From assembly GCA_050950465.1 (NCBI GenBank), contig JBMNHQ010000002.1, positions 33,670-97,669 of the forward strand: a stretch of 64,000 nucleotides of DNA. Direction: 5' to 3'. The notes beneath the pieces were generated by a model. That model worked only from the letters and a program-made list of their open reading frames with translations. It made no database searches and was not told the DNA's origin. Positions 36,087-44,104 of the stretch are shown piece after piece. The translations under genes were made by a program, and so were the position numbers. The stretch's first letter is position 1, and every line of letters starts with the position of its first letter. This stretch comes from Candidatus Nanosyncoccaceae bacterium (GTDB taxonomy: Bacteria > Patescibacteriota > Saccharimonadia > Saccharimonadales > Saccharimonadaceae).

Positions 36087-36818
36087 ATGAGTGATGTTAA
36101 GATTGACATCAAAGCTTTGCTTGAAGCGGGCGTGCACTTTGGTCATAAGACCAGTCGTTGGCACCCCAAGATGGCGCCATATATCCATTCTAAACGGGGC
36201 GATACTCACATTATCGACCTAACCAAGACGGTCGAGGCGCTTGACGTAGCACTAGACGCTGTTTCAGCAGCAGTGGCTAAGGGTGGTAAGATTCTTTTTG
36301 TTGGTACTAAGAGTCAAGCTAAAGACGAGGTTAAACGTGTGGCGGAAGCTACTGGGCAACTTTACGTTAATGAACGCTGGGTGGGCGGTACGCTGACGAA
36401 TCACAAGACAATTGGTCTGCAGATTCGTAAATTACATAAACTAGAAAAGCAAATTGCCACGGGCGAGTTAGAGCGGCGCTATTCTAAATTGGAGGTGCAG
36501 CGTGTTCAGGAAGAAATCGACTCCTTAAATGAGCGCTATGGTGGTGTTAAGGCTATGACCAGCAAGCCAGCAATGCTAGTAGTAACCGATGCTATTGTTG
36601 AACGCAATGCAATTAACGAAGCCAAGAAAGTTAACATTCCAGTAGTGGCTTTCTGTGATAGTAATACTGATCCAGTTGATATTGATTACGTTATCCCAGC
36701 CAACGATGATGCAATCAAGGGAATACAACTTATACTAGGCTATTTTGAAGAGGTGATTTTGGCAGCTAATAAGAATGTTAAGGCGGCCACTCCAATAGCT
36801 AAAAAAGAAGGGAAATAA
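36087..36818 (+). CDS. rpsB: 30S ribosomal protein S2
   Basis: LLEAGVHFGHKTSRWHPKM and VVTDAIVERNAINEAKKVNIPVVAFCDSNTDP are S2 signatures. Confidence 0.95.
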   Translation: MSDVKIDIKALLEAGVHFGHKTSRWHPKMAPYIHSKRGDTHIIDLTKTVEALDVALDAVSAAVAKGGKILFVGTKSQAKDEVKRVAEATGQLYVNERWVGGTLTNHKTIGLQIRKLHKLEKQIATGELERRYSKLEVQRVQEEIDSLNERYGGVKAMTSKPAMLVVTDAIVERNAINEAKKVNIPVVAFCDSNTDPVDIDYVIPANDDAIKGIQLILGYFEEVILAANKNVKAATPIAKKEGK

Positions 36819-36821
36819 AAG

Positions 36822-37427
36822 ATGGCAAAATTTACAGCAGAAGACATTAAGAAGTTAAAAGATTTAACTGGCGTTGGTTTAACCGATGCACGTGAAGCTT
36901 TGCGCGAAGCCAATGGCGATTTTGATAAAGCTCTCAAAGCGATGCGCGAAAAGGGCATGACTAAAGCTGAAAAACGAGGTGATCGCGAGACTCGATCAGG
37001 CATAATCGACAGTTATATTCACGATGGTCGTATTGGCGTGCTGGTAGAGATTAACTGCGAAACTGATTTTGTAGCGCGCACTGAAGAATTTAAAGCCTTG
37101 GCACATGAAATCGCTTTGCAAGTGGCCGGTATGAATCCAGCTTATGTTTCACGCGAAGCGGTGCCAGCGGAGGAGGTTGAGCGCGTTAAAGCTGAAATTA
37201 TCGCCGCTAATGGTGACAAGCTAGACAAAAAACCAAAAGAGATTGTCGACAAGATTGTCCAGGGTCAAGTTGATAAACACTTTGATGAATTAATCTTGCT
37301 TAACCAAGTTTATTTTAAAGATACAACTAAGACAATTGAAGATTTAGTTAAGGAAACTATTGCTAAGCTAGGCGAAAACATTACTGTTCGTCGTTTTGCT
37401 AGGATGGAAGTTGGTTTAGACGTTTAG
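36822..37427 (+). CDS. tsf: Elongation factor Ts (short form)
   Basis: UBA-like N-terminus IKKLKDLTGVGLTDAREALREANGDFDKALKAMREKG and the core INCETDFVAR. Confidence 0.92.
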   Translation: MAKFTAEDIKKLKDLTGVGLTDAREALREANGDFDKALKAMREKGMTKAEKRGDRETRSGIIDSYIHDGRIGVLVEINCETDFVARTEEFKALAHEIALQVAGMNPAYVSREAVPAEEVERVKAEIIAANGDKLDKKPKEIVDKIVQGQVDKHFDELILLNQVYFKDTTKTIEDLVKETIAKLGENITVRRFARMEVGLDV

Positions 37428-37444
37428 TTTCAAAACAATCAATA

Positions 37445-37477
37445 AAAAATACCCTAGAATTGTTCTAGGGTATTTTT
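37445..37477. terminator. Bidirectional terminator between tsf and the convergent orphan gene
   Basis: AAAAATACCCTAGAA, 3-nt loop, TTCTAGGGTATTTTT. The 11-bp GC-containing stem is flanked by A- and T-runs. Confidence 0.8.
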
Positions 37478-37487
37478 GTGTAACAGT

Positions 37488-37844
37488 TTATGAGATTGAA
37501 AGAATAGCGTCTTTAATAAGTTTATCGTCTTTGGATAAGCGACCAATAGTGTTAATTTCATCAGCACCGAAAACTTCGTCGGCAGCTGGCTCAAATTGAA
37601 CTGATTTTAATTTGCGCCAAACGTCATTGGCATAACCTAATAGGGTGTTATTCTCAGTATATTCTAGGCCACGATAAAAGCCGTTCTCACTAGGTAAAAA
37701 TACCTTATAAAGAGGGGTCTTTTCAGGATATTTCTCTGATTTCAGTTTATTGACCGTCACAGTGGTGACTTTATCCGATTGTGGCATCACTAGCTCACAG
37801 GTGTAAGAGCTATAAATAAGTTTGTCAGTGGTCTTTTTTGACAT
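37488..37844 (-). CDS. Hypothetical protein (orphan, opposite strand inside the rpsB-tsf-frr block)
   Basis: 118-aa ORF with an AAGGA SD 6 nt upstream on the minus strand. No recognisable motif. Confidence 0.55.
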   Translation of the reverse strand: MSKKTTDKLIYSSYTCELVMPQSDKVTTVTVNKLKSEKYPEKTPLYKVFLPSENGFYRGLEYTENNTLLGYANDVWRKLKSVQFEPAADEVFGADEINTIGRLSKDDKLIKDAILSIS

Positions 37845-38003
37845 TTATTTGTTCCTTGTTTGTTTTTGCATGTCTATATTTTCATATTAGCACAAAATAG
37901 CAGAAAAGTCAATAGTAATGTCACTTTTTAGAAAAAATAAAAGGCCAAAAACACAAGGTGATTATGATATACTATGTTCAAGAGAAAGATAGGAGTTCGC
38001 AAG

Positions 38004-38558
38004 ATGTTTGACTTTAAAAAATATCAAGTTGAAATGACCAAGGTGGTTGACTTTTTAGTAGATAAAATGAAGACTGTTCGAACTGGTCGCGCCCATCCCG
38101 ATATGCTAGATAGCGTTCGAGTTGAGGTTTATGGCACTTTACTTCCCTTAAACCAAGTAGCAAATGTGGTGGTGACTGATGCACAATTGTTGACTGTGAC
38201 ACCATTTGATACCAATAATTTACAGACAATTGCTGAAGCGATTCGAGCCGATCGTAGTTTAGGCTTTAATCCTAGTGATGACGGTCGAGTGGTGCGAGTA
38301 CCAATTCCGCCACTAACTGAAGAGCGTCGTCGTGAAATTGTCAAACAAACGCGCGAAAAAGTTGAAGAATCAAAGGTGTCAGTACGCAATCTCCGTCAAG
38401 ATGCTATAAAGGATATTAAAAAACTAAAAGACTCTAAGTCAATTTCCGATGACGAAGCCCATCGATTAGAAAAAAACGTTCAAGAATTGGTTGATGAAAC
38501 CCAGGCCAAAATTGAGGCCGAATTTGCCGCTAAGGAAAAGGACCTAATGACGATTTAG
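38004..38558 (+). CDS. frr: Ribosome recycling factor
   Basis: Collinear with RRF (VRTGRAHPDMLDSVRVEVYG, PIPPLTEERRREIVK). I prefer the ATG at 38004, preceded by AGGAG, to the ORF-track start at 37974. Confidence 0.92.
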   Translation: MFDFKKYQVEMTKVVDFLVDKMKTVRTGRAHPDMLDSVRVEVYGTLLPLNQVANVVVTDAQLLTVTPFDTNNLQTIAEAIRADRSLGFNPSDDGRVVRVPIPPLTEERRREIVKQTREKVEESKVSVRNLRQDAIKDIKKLKDSKSISDDEAHRLEKNVQELVDETQAKIEAEFAAKEKDLMTI

Positions 38559-38575
38559 TCGTTATCGATAGAATA

Positions 38576-39721
38576 ATGTTGATCTTGGGCATCGTTGTTG
38601 GTTTACTGGTATTGTCTTTTTTGGTGGCTCTACACGAGTTGGGACATGCTTTAGCAGCGCATCACAGTGGCGTTAAAGTGGAGGAATACGCAATCGGCTT
38701 TCCGCCTAGTTTGTGGACGAAGAAACTTAAATCGGGTGTTGAAATTAAACTAAATGCTCTGCCGATTGGTGGTTATGTTAAGTTGCAAGGCGAATATGAC
38801 GCTGCTAATAATCTAGGCGATTATGGTCGAGCTGGCTATTTGGGCAAGACTAAGATTTTGTTTGCCGGTGTAGTGGTTAATTTTCTGACAGCATGGCTAA
38901 TTTTATCAATTCTGGGAATTACTGGCATGCCAATAGCTTTACCTAATCAATTTCGGTTTAAGGACGACAAGTTAATTACTTCGGCTGTTCAGGTAGCTGA
39001 TTTAGAAGAAGGGGGGCCGGCTGACTTAGTAGGTTTACGACGTGGTGATGAAATCTTGACTTTCGCCAATGTGTCCATTGATGTGCCAGAAAAATTTGCC
39101 GATTTAACGACTGAGAAAGCTGGTCAAACGGTGCCGATTTTAATTAGGCGCGCTGGTGAGGAGCAAACTTTACAGATAAAAGTTCGCGGGGCCGATAAGC
39201 CAGACGATAAAGGTTTCGTTGGAATCTATCCAGCACAGCAAAGTTGGGTGAGGACTAAGTGGTATAAAGCTCCAGCTTTTGGCTTGGCAACCACGGTGCA
39301 GTTTAGTTGGGAAACACTCAGGGGGGTGGGGCAGCTGTTTGTCAGTTTTTTCGGTGGTATTATTCAAAAAATTAGCCTCAATCCAGCTGTACGTCAACAA
39401 GGTAGCGAAAATCTAGCTAAAGCGGGCGACTCCGTGGCTGGCCCAATTGCGCTTTTGGGTTTAATTTTTCCATCATTGATCGGGTCAGATATGACGACTT
39501 TCTGGTTCTTTGTGGCGTTAATTTCATTAACTCTGTCAGTTATGAACCTATTGCCAATTCCGGGTTTAGATGGTGGCCGTTGGATGACAATGACAATTTT
39601 CCGTTTAGCTAGACAGAAATTAACTAAAGAGCGCGAAGAAAAAATTCAAACTGTTGGTGTAACTATTTTATTAGGTATAATGATTTTGGTGGTAATAAGT
39701 GATGTCTTTAAAATCATCTAA
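38576..39721 (+). CDS. rseP: RIP site-2 metalloprotease RseP (M50)
   Basis: HELGHAL, a central PDZ (GLRRGDEILTFANV), and NLLPIPGLDGG. Confidence 0.88.
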   Translation: MLILGIVVGLLVLSFLVALHELGHALAAHHSGVKVEEYAIGFPPSLWTKKLKSGVEIKLNALPIGGYVKLQGEYDAANNLGDYGRAGYLGKTKILFAGVVVNFLTAWLILSILGITGMPIALPNQFRFKDDKLITSAVQVADLEEGGPADLVGLRRGDEILTFANVSIDVPEKFADLTTEKAGQTVPILIRRAGEEQTLQIKVRGADKPDDKGFVGIYPAQQSWVRTKWYKAPAFGLATTVQFSWETLRGVGQLFVSFFGGIIQKISLNPAVRQQGSENLAKAGDSVAGPIALLGLIFPSLIGSDMTTFWFFVALISLTLSVMNLLPIPGLDGGRWMTMTIFRLARQKLTKEREEKIQTVGVTILLGIMILVVISDVFKII

Positions 39722-40493
39722 AAAAACTGACTCTAAAAAGTCCTCGACTAAACTGTCTCGACGTCAGAAAGTTTGGGCGATTTTCTCAATATCACTTTGG
39801 GTCAGCTTGGTCTATATTATCGCTAGTGGCGCGGCATTTATAATTATATTACTGATGGGAAAATTAGGCTGGTTGTCGGCTCAACAAGAAGCATTAACCA
39901 CAGCCATAAGCGGATTGGTCACTTATCTAGTATCCTTGGGCCTATTGTTTTTTGGTATTCATTTGGCTAAGAAATACCCAGAAAAATTTGCTATTTTAGG
40001 AATTAAAAAAGAGGATTGGGCGTTTGGTGGCTGGTTGACTTGGCAGCAGCTGTTTTTAGGTGTGGCGGCCTTCATAGTGGCAATGGTGGCAATGGTGTTA
40101 GTATTATCATTTGTAAGTCAATTTATTCCTGGTTTCAACCTTGAGCAGGCTCAAGACATTGGTGTGAGTCCGCATTCAATTTATAAACGAGTCGATATGT
40201 TAATGGTCTTTTCTTTGTTAGTTGTAGCGGCGCCAATTTGTGAGGAATTGGTTTTTCGTGGATTCCTGTATGGCAAATTACGTCAAGTCTCCTCAGTTGC
40301 AATCAGTACAATTATCACCAGCTTATTATTCGGCTTAGCTCATTTGCAACCCAATGTAGCGGTAGTGACTTTTGTTATGTCAGTAGTAATGTGTTTATGT
40401 CGCGAAGCCACAGATTCAATTTATCCAGCGATAATTGTTCATATGCTAAAGAATGGGATTGCTTTCGCACTCTTATTTATTGTGAAAGTTTAA
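39699..40493 (+). CDS. CPBP-family intramembrane glutamic endopeptidase (CAAX protease-like)
   Basis: Motifs CEELVFRGFLY (EExxxR), FGLAH (FxxxH) and IVHMLKN in a polytopic membrane protein. Confidence 0.8.
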   Translation: MMSLKSSKKTDSKKSSTKLSRRQKVWAIFSISLWVSLVYIIASGAAFIIILLMGKLGWLSAQQEALTTAISGLVTYLVSLGLLFFGIHLAKKYPEKFAILGIKKEDWAFGGWLTWQQLFLGVAAFIVAMVAMVLVLSFVSQFIPGFNLEQAQDIGVSPHSIYKRVDMLMVFSLLVVAAPICEELVFRGFLYGKLRQVSSVAISTIITSLLFGLAHLQPNVAVVTFVMSVVMCLCREATDSIYPAIIVHMLKNGIAFALLFIVKV

Positions 40494-40508
40494 TCAGAAA
40501 GGAATCAA

Positions 40509-41753
40509 ATGAAAAGAAGTGAGTTGTATATTAAAACTAGTAAGACAGCACCAGTTGATGAAGTGGCAAAAAATGCTCAGCTTCTGATTCGAGCTGGCTT
40601 TATTTATAAAATTATGGCGGGTGTTTATGCTTACACGCCATTGGGGCTGGTGGTTTTAGAAAAAATCAAAAAAGTTGTTCGTGAGGAGATGGATAAAATT
40701 GGTGGTCAAGAGATATTAATGACCAGCTTGCAGCCTGCTGATTTATGGAAATCAACGGCGCGCTGGGATGACGAGGCAGTCGATATTTGGTTTAAAACTA
40801 GGTTGAAAGACGAGACAGAGATTGGGCTGGCTTGGTCGCACGAAGAAGCAATTTTGGGTATGTTGCGTCACCAAATCAAGAGCTATAAAGATTTGCCAAT
40901 ATCAGTTTACCAATTTCAGACCAAGTTGCGTAACGAGCTTAGAGCCAAAGCTGGCATTATGCGTGGTCGCGAGTTCTTGATGAAAGACATGTATTCATTG
41001 CATGCTACTAAAGAGGATTTAGACGATTATTATCATCGGGTAATGGAAGCTTATAAACAGGTTTTTGCTCGACTGGGTCTGGGGGATAGAACTTTTGTAA
41101 CTTTTGCCAGCGGTGGTGCATTTACTAAATTTAGTCATGAATTTCAAACAATTTGTGAAGCAGGTGAGGATATTCTCTATATTAATCGTGAGAAGAATGT
41201 GGCAGTTAATGAGGAGGTGCTAGAAGAAGCTTTAACGGAGCTAGGCTTGACGAAGAATCAGCTAGAAAAAGTTAAATCGGCTGAGGTCGGTAATATATTT
41301 AACTTTGGTACAGAAAAATGTCAGCAAATGGAGGTTTATTTTACCGATCAGACTGGTGAAAGGCGACCGGTTTATTTAGCTTCATATGGTATTGGTATTT
41401 CGCGCCTAATGGGCGTGATAGCAGAAATTTTTGCTGATGAAAAAGGTTTAATTTGGCCAGAAATTATTGCTCCGGCTCAAGTTTATTTAATTAGTATTGG
41501 TGAAGTGGCAAATAAAAGGGCGAATGCTCTGTATCAGGAGCTGCAAGAGTTGGGTGTTGAGGTAATTTTTGACGATCGTGATGAGAGACCTGGCGTTAAG
41601 TTCGCTGATGCCGAGCTTATGGGTGTGCCATATCGAGTTACTTTGAGCGAGCGCTTGGGTGATCAAGTGGAGTTGCTGGAGCGGGCTAATAATAAACAAA
41701 ATGTATTGACAGCTAGTGCGCTTATTGCTAAACTAAAAGCAAATAACATTTAG
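40509..41753 (+). CDS. proS: Proline--tRNA ligase, bacterial-type core lacking the INS editing domain
   Basis: Collinear with bacterial ProRS: LLIRAGFI..aGVY...PLG, YQFQTKLRNELRAKAGIMRGREFLMKDMYSLH, SHEFQ..CEAGED, VGNIFNFGT. Only ~35 aa sit where the INS domain normally lies. Confidence 0.88.
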   Translation: MKRSELYIKTSKTAPVDEVAKNAQLLIRAGFIYKIMAGVYAYTPLGLVVLEKIKKVVREEMDKIGGQEILMTSLQPADLWKSTARWDDEAVDIWFKTRLKDETEIGLAWSHEEAILGMLRHQIKSYKDLPISVYQFQTKLRNELRAKAGIMRGREFLMKDMYSLHATKEDLDDYYHRVMEAYKQVFARLGLGDRTFVTFASGGAFTKFSHEFQTICEAGEDILYINREKNVAVNEEVLEEALTELGLTKNQLEKVKSAEVGNIFNFGTEKCQQMEVYFTDQTGERRPVYLASYGIGISRLMGVIAEIFADEKGLIWPEIIAPAQVYLISIGEVANKRANALYQELQELGVEVIFDDRDERPGVKFADAELMGVPYRVTLSERLGDQVELLERANNKQNVLTASALIAKLKANNI

Positions 41754-41756
41754 AGG

Positions 41757-41786
41757 CAATTTCGAGTCCAACTCGAAATTTAATTT
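41757..41786 (+). terminator. Terminator after proS
   Basis: CAATTTCGAGT (41757-41767), loop CCA, ACTCGAAATT (41771-41780), followed by TAATTT. Confidence 0.55.
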
Positions 41787-41818
41787 GCTGAAAAAGCAAA
41801 AGAAAGAGAATAGTTGAA

Positions 41819-42280
41819 ATGGCTAAGAGGGTTTATAAACTGACCCAAAAAGGGTTAGATAAGTTAAGTGCCGAGTTGAAAGAGTTGAAGTCGCAACGGG
41901 GTGAAATTGCTGAGAAAATCGCTTCAGCTCGAGATTTCGGTGATTTGAGTGAAAACGCCGAGTATGATGCAGCTCGGAGTGAACAGGGCGTATTAGAAAC
42001 TCGTATTGCTGAGATTGAAAATATCGTGGCGAATGTTGAGATTATTAAGAATGGCGCTAGTAGTCAGGTTAGTCTTGGTAGTGAGGTTGAAGTTAAAGAC
42101 TCAAAAGGTAAAAGTCGAGTTTTCCACGTTGTTGGTGCGGTTGAAGCCAATCCATTAGAAGGTAAAATCAGTAACGAATCGCCAATTGGTCAGGCTCTTT
42201 TGGACAAGATGGTGGGCGATGATTTTGTAGTTGAAACACCAAAAGGCGCAACTAAATATCAAATCGTTGCGGTTCGCTAG
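41819..42280 (+). CDS. greA: Transcription elongation factor GreA
   Basis: N-terminal coiled coil with DLSENAEYDAARSEQ, and a C-terminal FKBP-like domain (SNESPIGQALLDKMVGD). Confidence 0.92.
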   Translation: MAKRVYKLTQKGLDKLSAELKELKSQRGEIAEKIASARDFGDLSENAEYDAARSEQGVLETRIAEIENIVANVEIIKNGASSQVSLGSEVEVKDSKGKSRVFHVVGAVEANPLEGKISNESPIGQALLDKMVGDDFVVETPKGATKYQIVAVR

Positions 42281-42322
42281 TTTTTATTCTCATAAAACTG
42301 CTTTTTAAGGTATAATCATGAC

Positions 42323-43831
42323 ATGGCAACATTAAGTGATTATCGAGATGAAAGGCTAAAAAAACGCCAAGCGCTGTTGGATTTAGGCTTCAATCTTTAT
42401 CCTAGCGACAGTCATCGTACAATATTGGCGCAAGAGATTATTAATGGATTTGACAAATTATCAGGTCAAACTGCTACCGTAGCAGGGCGAATTAAATCAC
42501 TACGTAAGTTTGGTAAAATTGCTTTTGTGGTGGTTGAGGATATTAGTGGGCGAATTCAGTTATTTTTAAGCCAACAATCTCTGCAAGACACGGATGCAAA
42601 GAGGGGTTTTATCGGATTGGGTGATATAAACTTACTTGACAGTGGCGATTTTGTTGAGGCTACTGGAGAAATTATTAAAACCAAAACTGGTGAGATTTCA
42701 CTTGGTGTAAAAACTCTGCGCCTACTCGCTAAAACCTTACGCCCAATACCAAATGACCAAGATGGTTTTACTGACAAAGAACAGCGTTTCCGTCGACGGT
42801 ATCTTGATATGAATGTTAACCCAGAAGTGCGTGAGCGTTTTGTGCGTCGCGCTAAGTTTTGGCAAGCGACGCGTGATTTTCTAAATCAGCGTGGTTTTGT
42901 GGAAATTAATACGCCAGTTTTAGAGCATACCACCGGTGGAGCTGATGCGGCTCCATTTGTGACGCATATGAGCGCGCTGGATGAAGAGTTTTATTTGCGT
43001 ATTAGTCACGAATTACCTCTGAAGCGCTTAATTGGCGGTGGCCTAGAAAAAGTTTATGACATCGGTCCGCGTTTTCGTAATGAGGGTCTGACTGACGAGC
43101 ATCTACCAGAGCATGTGGCGATGGAGTGGTATATGGCTTATGCCAACTGGGAAGACGGTATGAAATTGATGGAAGAAATGTACACCTATGTTTTGAAGGA
43201 AACTTTTGGCACATTGAAGTTTTCAATTGGTGAGCACGAGGTTGATATGTCTAAAAAGTGGGAGGTGTGGGATTATGCTGAAACTATCAAAAAGCATTAT
43301 AACATCGATGTTTACGAGGCGAGTTTAGATGAGATTAAAGCCACTCTTAAGAAGGCTAATCTTGAGGTGGAGGAAACGGAAAACCGAGCGCGTGGTATTG
43401 ATAAGCTTTGGAAGGCAGTTCGTAAAACTGTCGTTGGCCCAGTCTGGTTAGTTAATACACCAAAATTTATTTCACCGTTGTCTAAATCTAACCCAGATGA
43501 CGATCGAGCCACTGAGCGTTTTCAAGCGGTAATTGGTGGCAGTGAGTTGGGCAATGGCTACTCTGAATTAAATGATCCAATTGATCAACTGGAGCGTTTC
43601 AAGGAACAGCAGGCTATGCGTGATGCAGGCGATGAAGAGGCGATGATGCTCGATATTGATTTTGTGGAAATGTTGGAATATGGCATGCCACCGACTTGTG
43701 GCTGGGGTTATAGCGAGCGAGTATTTTGGCTGTTTGAAGACGTCTCAGCAAAAGAGGGGGTGCCATTTCCACAGCTCCGACGCGAAATTGATGGTGTAAC
43801 GCGAAAGATTTATCCCGATGTCGAGCTCTAA
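42323..43831 (+). CDS. lysS: Lysine--tRNA ligase (class II)
   Basis: OB anticodon-binding domain (GRIKSLRKFGKIAFVVVED.SGRIQLF), FRNEG, GGSELGNGYSELNDP, YGMPPTCGWG. Confidence 0.93.
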   Translation: MATLSDYRDERLKKRQALLDLGFNLYPSDSHRTILAQEIINGFDKLSGQTATVAGRIKSLRKFGKIAFVVVEDISGRIQLFLSQQSLQDTDAKRGFIGLGDINLLDSGDFVEATGEIIKTKTGEISLGVKTLRLLAKTLRPIPNDQDGFTDKEQRFRRRYLDMNVNPEVRERFVRRAKFWQATRDFLNQRGFVEINTPVLEHTTGGADAAPFVTHMSALDEEFYLRISHELPLKRLIGGGLEKVYDIGPRFRNEGLTDEHLPEHVAMEWYMAYANWEDGMKLMEEMYTYVLKETFGTLKFSIGEHEVDMSKKWEVWDYAETIKKHYNIDVYEASLDEIKATLKKANLEVEETENRARGIDKLWKAVRKTVVGPVWLVNTPKFISPLSKSNPDDDRATERFQAVIGGSELGNGYSELNDPIDQLERFKEQQAMRDAGDEEAMMLDIDFVEMLEYGMPPTCGWGYSERVFWLFEDVSAKEGVPFPQLRREIDGVTRKIYPDVEL

Positions 43832-44084
43832 GAAAATTTCAAAACGTCAATTTAGCAAGAATTTTAAGATAACTGTTTTAGCTTTAGTAGTATTGACAGC
43901 CTTTGTCATGGTCTTGATTTTGACTACCAAGTGGCGTACCGAAGTTGACAAAAAAACTGTGTCTTCTTCGGAGACCGACATCGAACAATCGACCAGTGTA
44001 GATTATGATAAAAATCAGATTCTAATTGACACAACTGCTGAACCATTAGAAATAATTGAATTACCATCTTTAGAAGCTAAATAA
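43818..44084 (+). CDS. Small single-pass membrane protein (hypothetical)
   Basis: 88-aa ORF with a basic N-terminus and one hydrophobic helix (ITVLALVVLTAFVMVLILTT). Overlaps the lysS end by 14 nt. Confidence 0.45.
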   Translation: MSSSKKISKRQFSKNFKITVLALVVLTAFVMVLILTTKWRTEVDKKTVSSSETDIEQSTSVDYDKNQILIDTTAEPLEIIELPSLEAK

Positions 44085-44104
44085 AAATAAGGGGGAATTA
44101 TCTC

